Origin: Trypanosoma brucei
Lineage: Eukaryota
DNA length: 64,000 nt
Reading direction: 5' to 3'
NCBI GenBank assembly: GCA_000002445.1
Contig: CP000068.1
Span: 1,440,001 to 1,504,000, forward strand
Positions 50,601-62,949 of the stretch are shown here, in pieces. The translations under genes were made by a program, and so were the position numbers. Each line of letters starts with the position of its first letter. Position 1 is the stretch's first letter. The notes beneath the pieces were generated by a model that saw only the letters and a list, made by a program, of their open reading frames with translations, made no database searches and was not told the DNA's origin.

Positions 50601-52886
50601 CCTCAGGTAAAGCAGGTTTGTGTCCCGCGCACCGAACAGTGTGTACTCAGCTTTCCCCGCTGACCAATTTGTGACTCAACTCAGTCCTTGTTGAACGGTT
50701 CGCTGGATTGCATTCAGGTCAGAGCTCGTGCATACTATTGTGAGGTCGTTCGCAAAGAAAACGTGCTGCAACCCAGGGATGCAGTTCAGCCGCTTGCTCG
50801 GCGAATCCACCTTGACAATGAACAGCAGTGGACCATGCACCGAGCCCTGAGGGACCCAGCATGTGAGGTGTATGTTCTCAGACAGCATATTGCTCGCCCC
50901 CACCCGCGCGGTGCGACCCTGCAGGAAGCCCGCAATTCACGCCACCAGATGCTTCTCAACTCCAAATGTCTCTAGTGCCTTAACCATGCAGCCGTGATCA
51001 ACCGAATCAAAAGCGCGCGCATAGTCAATAAATACAGCTGCTGTCTTCTCACCGTCCCTCCTCCGCCGCACTGCGCTTGTCACCTGCATGAGCGTGTCCA
51101 GCGTCGACTGCGCCGGCATGAAGCCTGCTTGCTGTGGCTGCAGATTGTCTTCAATGCAGTTCCTAACACGACGTGCCACAATGTGCTCCATCACTTTGCA
51201 CAGCGTGCTGATGAGAGTGGCCGGCCGAAAGGACGCGGTACTGCTAGCTGGCTTGCTCGGCTTAAGCAGCGGGACTGTGATGCCGTGCCTCCACTTGGCT
51301 GGTACCCTCCCCGCGCGCAGACTGCAGATGAACAGTCGCAGCGCACACTTTTTGGCTACTCATCCTAGCTGCTTCAGCTCCTCTCAGTGGATTCCATCAT
51401 CGCGCGCCGCCGTGCCAGAATGCAGCTCACACAGCGCAACTTTCAGCTCTGACTCGGTGACCGGCCGGAACGCGCTCCGTCTGGTGCTGGGTATCTTCAT
51501 TTCTGGCGCATGTGGTGCCTTCGTTGACCTGGCCTTGTACATGTTGACCAAAGTTTGTGCTTACTGGCGCTTTGTCAACCGATGGCCATTCACCACCAGC
51601 ATTGGCGAAGTCAACGACCGCGGCGCATATACCGACTTCACCAGGTTCCAGTTCGCCGAATCCGTGGTCGCCGGCTTCGACACATTTTCCTTCCACCAAC
51701 CCAGCGCCGTTTCAGCCAGCGCTTTCTTCCTCCAGCGAGTCAGCCCGTCCAGATTCGTCAGCCCCTGTGTCCAGAACGGTAACGCTACGCCCTTGCCCTT
51801 GGGAATTGTCCTCTTTGCGGCCATTCGGATGCCTCATGTCACCGCCTCGTCGAGGGCATCCGCGCCCTTGTCCGGCCTCTTCATTCCTCTGAATATGAAC
51901 TCGTCACTCAATTTTCTAAACTCCTGTCACCTCGCTTTGTTCCGTGCATACAGTGTACGTGTGGGCTTGGGGGGGGGGGCAATCACGTCTAGGCAGGTGC
52001 CCCACGAACACATCGAACGTGATCTAATAATGATCACTGTGCGGGCTCAGTGTGTATGCCAAGTTAGAGATCTCGCGCAGCCTCCACACAACGTGATGTC
52101 CGGCGACGATAGTGCACCCGTTCCCGGCTGCCTCCTGGTGATCGATCCGGTATTCGCAACTTTCAGATCGCTCTGCACGCACCAGTTGACTACGCACTCT
52201 CCCTTGTCGTCGCTCGGACGAAACGGATCCCACAACACGTGGTGTGAGCTCACGTCCGCTTCTGCTACCAATGGCCCGCTTTCTACCGCTAATTGTTTCA
52301 ACTATGCTTTTGAATTCATCGATTTTCTAGGAAAATAAGCTGAAGCGCCTGCCAGGTTCACAGCAGCAGAAAATCGCAGCGTCGCTGTCACTTTTTCTGG
52401 CACTTCCTTGTCCATCTTTCACACCCCCACTCCCACCCCTGTGCGGTGTTTTTGCCACAACTACATGCTGCTATCCGCCTATTTGAAGCGCAGCACACTC
52501 CACCGACGCTAGGAGTGTCTCCTGCAAGAGACAAAATAAAACCATATCCTCATGAATCTTCCTCTTCATGACAACCCGCTTCGACTGGAAGAAACCCCTA
52601 AATTTCCACTGGTTTCCACGAATAACGGGAGCAAGATTCGTCTCAACATCTTCACTAAGTAGTAGTATAAGCCTTTTTATCCCAATCGAGGTAAGGTTGC
52701 ACGTGCAGAGGAGCAGTCTAATATATTGCTTCACCCTAGAGTGCCGATGCTGCTACATACTTCTTCTCTGGTCGCCGAAAGCCCCCTTTCCACCCCAATC
52801 ATGTTAAACAGGGCATAATGCGGGCGCTTGTCTTCCTCCTGGATAAAGTACTAGACCCCGGCACCACATTGAGGTGACCGGCATCA
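47606..52886 (-). mobile_element. ingi: ingi non-LTR retrotransposon, ~5.28 kb, degenerate (frame-broken)
   Basis: The 5' end (minus sense) is '...ccatggtgatgccggtcacctcaatgtggtgccggggtctagtactttatccaggaggaagacaagcgcccgcattatgccc...', the RIME/ingi terminal region. The 3' end is '...gagcacaataaatgcacaatg' plus A9 (poly-T at 47606-47614 on +). Internal minus-strand ORF fragments cover the endonuclease (52047-52301), 51561-51824, RT (50937-51194 '...AAVFIDYARAFDSVDHGCMVKAL...', 50676-50903, 50259-50588), RNase H (49083-50057) and C2H2 zinc fingers (48887-49117 'HVCGDVFERCG', 47903-48250 'CPYCQMKCTVKQCLTIHLHAKHG'). The coding region is interrupted by multiple frameshifts. Confidence 0.9.
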
Positions 52887-52935
52887 CCATGGAAATCTGC
52901 AAATTTTAGTAAAAAAAAGAGCAAGAATTCATAGA

Positions 52936-54540
52936 ATTCTAAAATGCCACCAAACTCATAACAGCAGCAGCCATACTCAGGGCCATTTTCTTATTTACAA
53001 AAAAACTAGAATCATTGCACTTGTCTTCAATTCGACCACAGTTGGCTTTTTCTCCGGGTTTGTGACCCTCATTTTCCTTTTCACAGTCCTTTTTTTTGGT
53101 ATGTCTTGTGTACCTATTTGACTCACGTTTCCCATCATTCCACCATTTTTCTTGGTTTTCTTTTTCTACTTTCTTTTTGGCCTCTTCACTCAATGTGCAC
53201 TTTTTTCCTTCGCCTCCTTTGGGGTTAAAAACGCACCCCTTATCCTTTAAGTTTTCACATTCTTTCTGGTTGTCGTTTGCTGTTTTGCAAACTCGTTCTG
53301 CTTCCTTTGTGGCTCTTAGGTGGTCTGTTGCGGGTTGGTTGCCGCTACTTTGCCCCGTTGTTGCTGCTGCAAATAGTTTGCTCTCAGATGCCAGTCCTTC
53401 GGCTGCCTTTGAGAGGAGCGTTAGAGAAGCTGCTAAGGCATTGCTTGTGCTTGCTGCTGTTGCTCCTGCTCGCATTGCTGCTGCTGCAGTTTCAATTTTT
53501 GTTGCCCATGCTAGCTCCTGCATACCTTTTTTGCCTGTTTTATATTTGGGCATTTTGAAGCAAACGCCGTTTGTTCTTGTCCCGTCGCAGGTCGCTGCTC
53601 CGTCAGTGGTGCCGAAGTAAGCGTCCGTTTTGAAAATCTTGATGTGGCTTTCTAAGCTCCGCAGCGCTGTGAGCATCTTGTCCGGTGTTATTTCCTCCTC
53701 CGTATTGAAGTTACAGTCTTTTACCAAGGCGTCGTATTGGTTTTTGATATCGTTTTCCGCTGCCAGGTTATGTGCTTTTGGTGCATGGTTGCTGGCGTGA
53801 TCACTGCAGATCTTGTTTGCGCCCGTTGGGATGTCTGAGTTTCCTTGGGTGCATACACAAATTAAAATGTCCGCTAAGCAGTCGTCAGTGCCTGTTACCG
53901 TGCCTGCTCCGCAGAAAGCTGCCGAGGCCCTTGCCGCTGATGTTTTCCCGGCATCGGTGAACTCTTTTGCCGCTTCCCCTGTTCCGATCGCCGCCTCTGT
54001 GAGCAGTTTTTTAATCTTTGCTGGTTCGGCATTGTCGATGGCTGCCTGAAGACTCTTGATTTTGGTCTGTAGGGTTGAAGCTTGTTCTAGAATGAGGCTC
54101 ATTCTTGTTCGCGCAAGCTTTAGCTGTTGGTCTGTTATGGATAGTTTGGAGAAGTTGCTGGGTCTGCTGTCGGCGCCGTGCTTCTTGAAGACTCTTTCGG
54201 CGCTTGCTGCCCATTCCGCCCAGCTGGAAGCCCAGTGAGAATTTTCTTTGGCTGGCGACGTTTGCGGGTCCCATTGCTTCTGGGTTCCGTCTGGTTTTAG
54301 AAATTGATTTACCCACGCGGGTCCCCCTAAAGTCATGTTAACGTCGTTGATAGTCTCCATTGCGTTTTGCCATTCCTGTTCCTGGTCTGGAGCTTTGATC
54401 TTCCCTGCTTGTAGTTGTAATACACTGCACAGAGCTTTATAAACGCTGGCGTGCGCTGCGGTTGCAGTGTCGGCGTCACTGCTTTGTGGTACCATCATCA
54501 AAATGACTGACGCTGTTGCTGCGTAACCTGGCATTGCCAT
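52936..54540 (-). CDS. Intact VSG gene (b-type N-terminal domain), 533 codons
   Basis: Single uninterrupted ORF 52939-54540. Signal peptide 'MAMPGYAATASVILMMVPQSSDA'. N-terminal domain with '...CLADILICVCTQGNSD...'. Two Cys-rich C-terminal subdomains '...CKTANDNQKECENLKDKGCVFNPKGGEGKKCTLSEE...CEKENEGHKPGEKANCGRIEDKCNDSSFFVNKKMALSMAAAVMSLVAF*' give a canonical GPI signal. Confidence 0.9.
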
Positions 54541-56094
54541 GGGATGTGCTGTCGACTATTCTTTAGTGTTTGGAAAAAGAAGGAAGTTGCTTCACGAAGA
54601 TGATTAGCTACGGAAATGCTTTACTTCTTTGTTTTCAGCTTGGTCTTATTGACAAGCACAGATTATGTTCACCGTGTCGTTTTAGCTACGTTCAGCGGCC
54701 GGAGTTGTTGTTCCCGCCAGCCTGCGCTGCTATAAGATTCCCGGTTTTTGTCCCTTTTAATTACCTTTAGGGGAACTTTAGATTCTTCCAAGACTTCACC
54801 CATTTTCAGCCCCCAGTTTCCTTGCCTTTCAATTGTGTTTATTGTTCTTTTGTTGTTCATCACAGCAGCCCTTTTCATACGTGCTAAACTTTTTATTGTT
54901 TCCCTTACCTGACATCTCAGTTGCTTACTCACAAGCATTGCCGCGTCTACGGTATGTTTCTGTGTACGCTAGAACTGATATTGGTGGTGCTGCTGTTTTT
55001 ATGATATTTTCGTGTGTAAATTCTGCTGTTTTAAATACCAGTTGTTTTGTTTCTCTACGGCTTTTTGCGAGGATTTTCATTATTTCATCTGCCATTCCTG
55101 GTACTAAACTAACTTTGCACATTGATTTCTGTACTGCTATTTTTTATTGTCCGCATACTACTTGTCCGTACAAGAGCAACTGCTGATACAAATCTTGTGT
55201 ATCTTTCTATACTTTTGGCGCTTTTTCGATGCAATCTGATAAATATTTCTTGTCGATTTTCTTTTTCTAGTACTGCTTGCTTATAAACTTACCATGACGA
55301 AAAAAACTGTAAGGAGGAAAAAAATGCTTATGGGAAATGGGTATTTCTCTGAACTGCCGACCTTGTCAGAAGAAATAAGTTCTACTCTCAAAAATGACTG
55401 CACTTTTATTTAACTTAATCTGCTGTTAGAGTTGTACTTTTAACCTTTCCATAGATTCATTCTAGAAACTAAAAAATATTCATTCTGGCTAATAAATTTT
55501 CTAATTTGCTTGTGTTTGTGTTCCGCTAAGGCTCACTATTTGTCAGCTACATGTCGAAGCACTACCACTTTTAGTGGTGGTTTCGGTTTCTATCTCGGTG
55601 CATGTTTCCGTATACTTTCAGTCTTTCTAAATTTGGCGTTGTTTTTTCTAGTTGATTCAAGATTAGTTGTGATCACTAGCTTCGTGCTTTGTTTCTGGAT
55701 GTTCTTTGGTCTTGCGTCCTGCAATAGTCGGATCTTCAGACGAATTATACACCTCTTGCTAGTGCTTCCTCTAATATGTCGGTGGTTCACACTCAGATAT
55801 TTTATTCCGTATGTTTTTTCTTCCCCTTCTATTTTGCCGCTGTTTCATCGTAAAGGTAACGATTCCGTTTTGCATGTACAATGCACTTGGTCTCTCTGCC
55901 ACTACCCGTGTGTAATCCCCGTGTGTATGATGGTGCCCATTTTCAGATTTGTATTCAAGCGTGCGCAAACTCTCTCCATTTTTCTCTATCTTCCTCTCGG
56001 TTAATGTGCCGCTGACACATTAATCACATTGCACTCTTTCCATTTTTTAAGTGCTTCTATTATCCCCACCCACTTCATCTTCATAAAAACTTTT

Positions 56095-56170
56095 ATTTTA
56101 ATATTTGTATATACACAATCACAACACCATCCACTTATCATTTCTATTATAATACTAAATTATTCCTAAT
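56095..56170 (-). repeat. 70-bp repeat, single copy
   Basis: 'ttttaatatttgtatatacacaatcacaacaccatccacttatcatttctattataatact'. Confidence 0.7.
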
Positions 56171-56404
56171 ACCCACAAAATAAACAAAATAAAACAAATT
56201 AGAATACCATACGTTTTAAATGCTCTATAACCCTACTATTTTGCATAAATAAGCCACTATCATATACACTTTAAAAATTTTTATGCTTTCATTATTTTTA
56301 AAAATGAGAATTTTCACTTTTTCAACAAAAAATGTTATAAAATACCATATATTAATATGTTTCATAAATTTAATATAAAATTAGGCTAAAATCCTAAATT
56401 CTTT

Positions 56405-57849
56405 ATTATAGAATAAAAAATGCAAGCAAAAGAGATGCGTTAATCACAACTGTATTTATTCCTGTTGTATTTGTATGTTTACAATCATTCTCTACTCTCT
56501 TTCCATCTTTTCCATCTTTAGCCTTGCACCTGCCACTTTTGTCTGTTCCTTTCCATTCGCACATGGCGCCGGTATCGCACTCGGTTTTACCCTTTTTATC
56601 ACAGCTTGGTGAATGTTTTGTGGCGTTTTTTCATGTATCTGTGATTTCATATTTCTTCAACGCTGCCAGTGATTGTTTTGCTAGGTAGAAACCTATGGCT
56701 TGCTCGAGTTTTTTGATATATCTTATCTCTTTTATCTGAATGTCTTTTTCTCCGGACATCGCTTCAGCTGCAATGGCTACACGGTCTACCTGTGAACATA
56801 GCTGTTTATTCAGTTTGTCGTCTGAATCTCCATAAATTTCACCAATGTTTTGTGTTAGTACTGTTTTGTGCTTATCCGCATCCTTTTGTTTCCATTCTTT
56901 GATCTACGTTAGGCCAACAGCTTCTCTTAACGGCGGATTTGCTGTTAGATGGTGCGTCTGTTGACTATTGAATGCTGTCCTTATAGTTTTAAGGTTGACT
57001 TCCAGCGTGTGGAGCTTGCTTATTAGTTCGGCTGCTTTGGCGACTGGAGGTATTGACTAGCTAATGGTTGCCGGTGTTGTACTGTAGGCGCTAGCGAAGG
57101 TTGTCGGAGCTTTGTAACTCACCGCAGTTTGTTTGTAAATTTTGCCGCCTTTGACCATCAGATCGGTGAGCAACGATTTTGTCGTGCAGGTGGTTGGTAG
57201 CGTTGCACCTGTCGATTTTCAGAAAAGGTTTTCTCCCGTTTTTTAGGTTTCCGGTGTCGTGGTTTGTAGATAATACAGCGTTATTGCGGCCTCTGTGTCG
57301 AATGTCCGCGGTACGACTGCCTTGTTCTCACGCGGTGGATCGGTTGGTTGGCACGCCCTGTGTGCCTTTGCACCTGTTTTAAATTTAAGTGCGTACATAC
57401 CGCCGTTGAAAAAGGTGCTTACATCCGTCCCTGCCGCGCTTTCAAGCATCTTCGCCAGAAAATCACTGGTTAGCCTCTGTTGTCCCGCTATCTGCGCACA
57501 CGCCGCAACGTTGTCTAGTGAAGTGCGCAAACCGTTCCTCAACTCCTCTGCTGCTGCTGCTACCTCATCGCTTGGACCTGTCACTATTGGTGCCACAAGT
57601 TTTTTGATTTCAGTGCTTCCAGCTAAGGCCGCTAATAAAACTTGTTTTGTCTCTACGTTGACAGCCGCTCCATATTCGGTTGCTGGTTGTACTTTGTTTT
57701 TTTAGTTGTGTCAACATGTTGCGTACATAGTCGGCTGCTTCGCCAGAGTCTTTCATCTCTATTGTGACATTGTGCACGGGGGATGGAGACGGTACCGCGC
57801 TGAATGCGGTGACTTTTATGAGTAGAGCCGTAGATACGAGATTGATCAT
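56405..57849 (-). pseudogene. VSG pseudogene (multiple frameshifts)
   Basis: ORF 57610-57849 has the signal peptide 'MINLVSTALLIKVTAFSAVPSPSP'. Fragment 57243-57596. The C-terminus at ~56410-56640 translates to a Cys-rich domain ending '...TNTTGINTVVINASLLLAFFIL*'. Confidence 0.75.
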
Positions 57850-59777
57850 GTGCCAACCTGCTTCTTGTTATTACTGAGTTGCTAGTGTCTGCTGTGCATT
57901 CCCGCGGCTCCAAAGGAGATGTGGTAAAGCTAGTGAAACTGTGGGTGTTAGCATCTCAGTTGTTGACCGTCCGCTGCTTTGTTAACTCAATGCTGCTGCT
58001 AATGCTTTGTATTTATCTCCTTTTCTGTTGCTGTTGTTCCGAATTTTTACCCGACGTCCAGCTGTGCAGGTACGTGCTTGAGAAAATTAGATGCGGCAAG
58101 CCGCTTTGGTTGCTAAAACACAGCAAAGGTGCATTGCTCATCGTCTGAATCCCATGTGAATGTTTGGCACCTTGGTATCCCTAGATGTAGCTATGTGTAA
58201 AACGTAGTAAGAAATTCTTTGGCCACAGTTTTTTACTATTGTTGATTGCTGCAAGAACTTTTCTCGCTTTTATCCTTGTTCCCTTTTTCAATACGCAAAG
58301 AAAAGCAAATAATTGCATATATTATTGTCTTATTTGGCTTCTTTTCTTCTATTTACTCTAGATTTTTACATAGGTTTTGAGGTCTGCATCGGCAATCTTA
58401 TTGAGTGCTGTATCTGGCCAAGTTGGCAACAGCTAAATTTTCATATTGTTCGCTCATTTGGGTCGAGCTCGTGTTTCACCGTTCCACAGTTAAAAAATTA
58501 CCTATTCATATCTCCACTACACTTTGTCGAGTGACTCTGAGGATTTCATTCTTTTTTGAGCCCGATAATCACGAAAGAATGCATTTGACGAGTTTTACCT
58601 GCCATATTACGAAGCTTCGAGCCACATTTAATAGTCATAATTTTTTTATCGTCGTGTGCAGATGGACGGGTCTTACCACTAACTTCACCGTCTCCCTTAC
58701 CCACTTTAAGGTTACTTTTATGGATATCGCTTCGCTCTCCTCTGTTTATCCTCGCTTTCTTGTGGGTTTATAAGTTATTGCTGCCTCCAACCTTGTTTGT
58801 AGAATATCTTCATATATTGTTGTTTGCCTTACTGGTCCTTTTTGGACCACCTAAGGTTTTTGCATACCAGATATTATGCTAACATGGATATTCTACCTCC
58901 TTCTCTCAGTAGTATAGCAGGATCCAAATACAATATAACTGCTGTTGTTGATTACGTCAAACTTTTATATTATTGATTTTTTAAACTCATCAGCACAGAA
59001 AGCTGTAGGTGGATGAATTAATTATGGGAAATTGGTTACCTTTCGCTGTTTATGTATGTTAAGAAGGATGTGATTACACTATTGTAAGCTAAGACGCTTT
59101 GAATCGACAAAATATTTCTCTGAAGTTGGATTTTAATAATTTTATATGGTTTATTATAAAAAAGAAGGACTCTGGTCTATCTAATAACGTTACTATTTTG
59201 GTTGCGTTTAGAAGACAATAAAAGCTACTATCTCTACACCACGTTTTTATTAAACAACACTTCTGTTGCTGTTTGGCTGTTTTCACGCGTTCTGTCGCTT
59301 ATTGTTGTGTCAAACGATAAGTCAAAGGTTTTGAAAAATTAGCCCGAAGAAACCTCCATACTCATTTTTCCATACCCCTCGCGTCTCATTATGTTAAACA
59401 CACACATGTTCCTACATTTTTCGGTTACAGCAGTACAGGAATATCCTTTCCAGACATTGTTTCTCACAGTCCCTAGTTTACAACTAATTTTTCCCTTTAC
59501 TTAACTCAACGATGACTAAGCTGCAGAAGCTTGCGTGTAAGTTCCATTGTACCCTTGATGTTGTTTTACGTGCCTCTGTTTTATGTTTCCATTTGGTATT
59601 TACACCCCACATTTCTTAATATTACTACAACTAAAACCATGAATTACTACTAAAATGCATAAAATAATCAAGAATAACCAAATTACAATATCACTAACTT
59701 TTTATGCCATATTAGCATGCTGCATTACACCCATATGCTAGCATTATACATATTTTACTAAAAATTTCAAAATATCA

Positions 59778-61330
59778 CTATTTTTTTACATTCTCATAAG
59801 TAGTGTTAGAAAATATCAGAATAAAAAATTCATGAAACCGAGAAAAAGTACTTAAAATGCTAAAATGCTGCCAAGCTCTGAAACCTGCAGCAATCCAAGA
59901 AAATTTCTTATTGAAAAGAAAACTGTAATCTTTGCATTTGTTTTCTATCCAATTTGCAGCTGGTGTCCTTCTTGCAGACATCCTCCAATTTCCCTTCGCA
60001 TTTCTCTGTTGTTTCTCCTCCTGTTTCTGTTGTTCTCCCTTCTCTTGCTTTAGCTTTGCATTTTTTCTCTTTTTGATCACATTCTCAGCTTTGTGATGGG
60101 CACTTTTTGGTTTCCATTGTATTTTTCACATGCTTTCTTCTCTTCTGCTGTTGGTTCTTTGTTTCCTTTTGGTGTTAGTGCCGGCGTTGTTCGTACATAC
60201 TCGATCTTTATTGCTTCGTACAATTTCCATGCGCTGCGTTTGAGTTGTTGTAGTTCTGTAGCGGTTTTTTTCTGTTTCGCTGCCTTCTGAACTCGCACTA
60301 AAAGTTTGCGTGCGGCCTGCTCGAGGCTTTTGTACCATTTTATTTTGTTGCTGGGCTCGCTTGGTCACTGCTTTATTGCTTTTGTGTAGTCTACGCAGGC
60401 TACTTGTGCTTGCCTTGGGCATTTGCCGCTGGTATGCGGATGTCCCAAGATAACAGTGCCGTCGGTTCCTTGGGTGTCACTCTTCAGTGCGGCTCTGAAC
60501 GTGGCTAGTGCCGCTGTGATTTCGTGCGCCGTGAGTTTTTCCGTAAACGGCGGGCATTTGCTTTCCACTGTCCTCCAGTCCGTTTTGGGGACGAATGTCG
60601 GCCCCCAGGTGTTTCCGTGGGTAGCTACCGTGTGCCCGCAGAGCTCGACGGCGGTAGTTGTTCTATCTGGAGCGCACAAGCAGATCATGTCGCCAATCAG
60701 AGATTTGCCGGCGGCGGGCAACGCGCAGTCCACACTGCGTGTCCCGCTGTGTGACATTGTTGCTGTGTCGCTGCCGTCTTTTTTGAACGTGCCTGTTCCG
60801 AATAGGGCGTTCTCAAGATCGGTTTTGATGTCCGGAGCGTCGGCAGCTAAACTTGGCTTAATGTTCCTTTCGTATTCGGCGTAGATTGTATTGGCGCGCT
60901 CCGCTATTAGTGAAAGTTGTTTTTGGATTCGCCTGCCTGTGACAGTTTCCTGTGGCCCTCTTTTGAGTTTGAGTTTATCATTAGTTATCTAAACCGCTAC
61001 GAACGCCGCTTTTGCGGCCTGCCATTTGGGGTAGAGTGTTTTGCAGTTCTCCCTGTCGTGTGCCATTATCTTGGAGCATGTCTTTTCTGCTTTGTCTGCC
61101 TGTGCGTCTTTTACCTCGTCTTCGAATGCATTGTACCATGAAGCTGCACTGGCTGACATGTTTAGGTGTTCTATTTCGCTGACATCGTTTCTGGTGAGCT
61201 CTACTACATTTAACTTAGTCGGATCGCTGTGTGCTAATGAAATAAGTGTACACATCACGTGGAATTCCTTGCCTTTGGACATGTCGCCTGCACCCCTTGC
61301 GTGTCGTACCAATGCCGGCAATAGCACCTA
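59778..61330 (-). pseudogene. VSG-related pseudogene (frameshifted); 3' block shared with the gene at 26700-28230
   Basis: Fragments 60989-61327, 60365-60757 ('...IGDMICLCAPDRTTTAVELCGHTVATHGNTWGP...'), 60126-60422 and 59778-60080 ('...NWIENKCKDYSFLFNKKFSWIAAGF...'). The 3' ~300 bp and the downstream region (59570-59870) are highly similar to 26440-26760. Confidence 0.6.
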
Positions 61331-62629
61331 AAGAAAAGCTAATATGACGTGTGGATTCATCTGGTAGTCTGCTTTGCCTATAAAGTTAAAAGTGTAGTCA
61401 AAACGTAGTTACTGACACATCTGGATAGTTATTAGGTGCTTTTGGTTTGTATTTTTGGCGGTCTAACTAGATTTCGTTTTTAATTTTGATTGTAATTTAG
61501 ATGTAGTCTTCTACTTCCGCTATTCTGATCTATATCGTTCTATTCCTATATCTAAAACCATTAAAATTTATGGTTTCTTTGAGTCAGTCTATTTCAGTTC
61601 AACTTTTCTGGCAGGATGTATCGGCTACAATGATTTATCGCTAATTATTTGGCAGTACGCATGATTGTAAGCATTTCGCACTGTAGTGACATCCTATTAT
61701 CGGTTTCTTTAGTCTTTTACACGGCAACTGCGTTACCTCGCGCACTTTTTTTTCTATTGAATCTTCTTGTTACACTTCTTCAATACCGCGTCACCGTGTA
61801 TTTTTATGCTAATTAGCCACTCTTTAAACAGTCGTAGTGTTTGGCCGTTGAACCAATATGGTAGTGGTGGTGTATCATTACAAACTTTTAACACCCCACA
61901 CCAACCTCCTATAACGGCTGATGCACGCACCATTTTAAGAAGTTTTCGCATCTTCACCCTTCCTCTTCTCGCCAAAGAAATTCATTATTAGTCTTGGTTT
62001 TATACTTACTCTCCCCATAATATTACATTGCTTTCCACAATGTTTGACTATTACCACTATTTCTTATTGGAAGAAGGCCCCACATTACCTCGTATTTATC
62101 TAATTTCTTCTTTCTGCTGTTGGTGTTCCTATTTTTTAAAAGCTGGATATTAGAATTCACCATTAAATTAAAAACCACGTTTGCTACTATTGTTTCTTCA
62201 ATGGCACATATATCAAATTTTAGTAAAATACGTGGGGTTATCGGTTACTGTTTCGTGTGCTTTTTTGTTACGAAGTCTTGTAGTGTATCGTTTTATGCCA
62301 TATTTTATTATCTTCTTTTCCTTTTTTCTTCTCTAAATACTTCTGTAGATGACTTAGAAATTTCATTTGGATACTAAAGAGGACTCTTTCTTTTCCTCAT
62401 TGCCCCTTTCATCATTCCCTTGCGCATAATGATGACCATGTGCCTGTCTCTGATTGACACCTGGAATCTTCAAAATTTCTTCCCTTTATGTTTCTCTTTC
62501 TGCTTTCCATTTTATAATACAACGTGTGCTTGACGTTTCGTTTAATTAAACCCCCACTTTCTTACTTCAATTTTACCCTTTTTGTTGCCTTCAGTTTTTC
62601 CATTTGTCTACTCATTCAGTAATTAAAAT

Positions 62630-62710
62630 TTTGTTCTTATAATATTCGTATATACACACTCACAACATATTCCAATCACTATCATCATCATTATCATTAT
62701 TCCCTACTTA
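62630..62710 (-). repeat. 70-bp repeat, single copy
   Basis: 'ttataatattcgtatatacacactcacaacatattccaatcactatcatcatcattatcattatt'. Confidence 0.75.
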
Positions 62711-62949
62711 ATATCCATAAATAAACTAAATTAGAATATCACTTATTTTCCACACCCTATTGCCATACTACTTTGAACCTGTAGTTCACTGTCATACACA
62801 TTATACAAAATTTCATATTTATCAAATTCTCAAAGGTTTCGAAGGTTATACAAAAGTTTTAAAATGCATCAAATTTTAGTAAGTTTTAGAAATTATCTCA
62901 AGATATAAAATTTCATAAATTTCATAATATTGAGCAGAAAATCCTAAAT

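Noticed and set aside
51088-52338. 416-aa ORF on the + strand, the longest in the region
   Set aside because: It is antisense to the ingi element. The ingi body is relatively GC-rich, so stop-free antisense frames arise by chance. It has no recognisable domains. The sense-strand fragments carry the RT and endonuclease homology.
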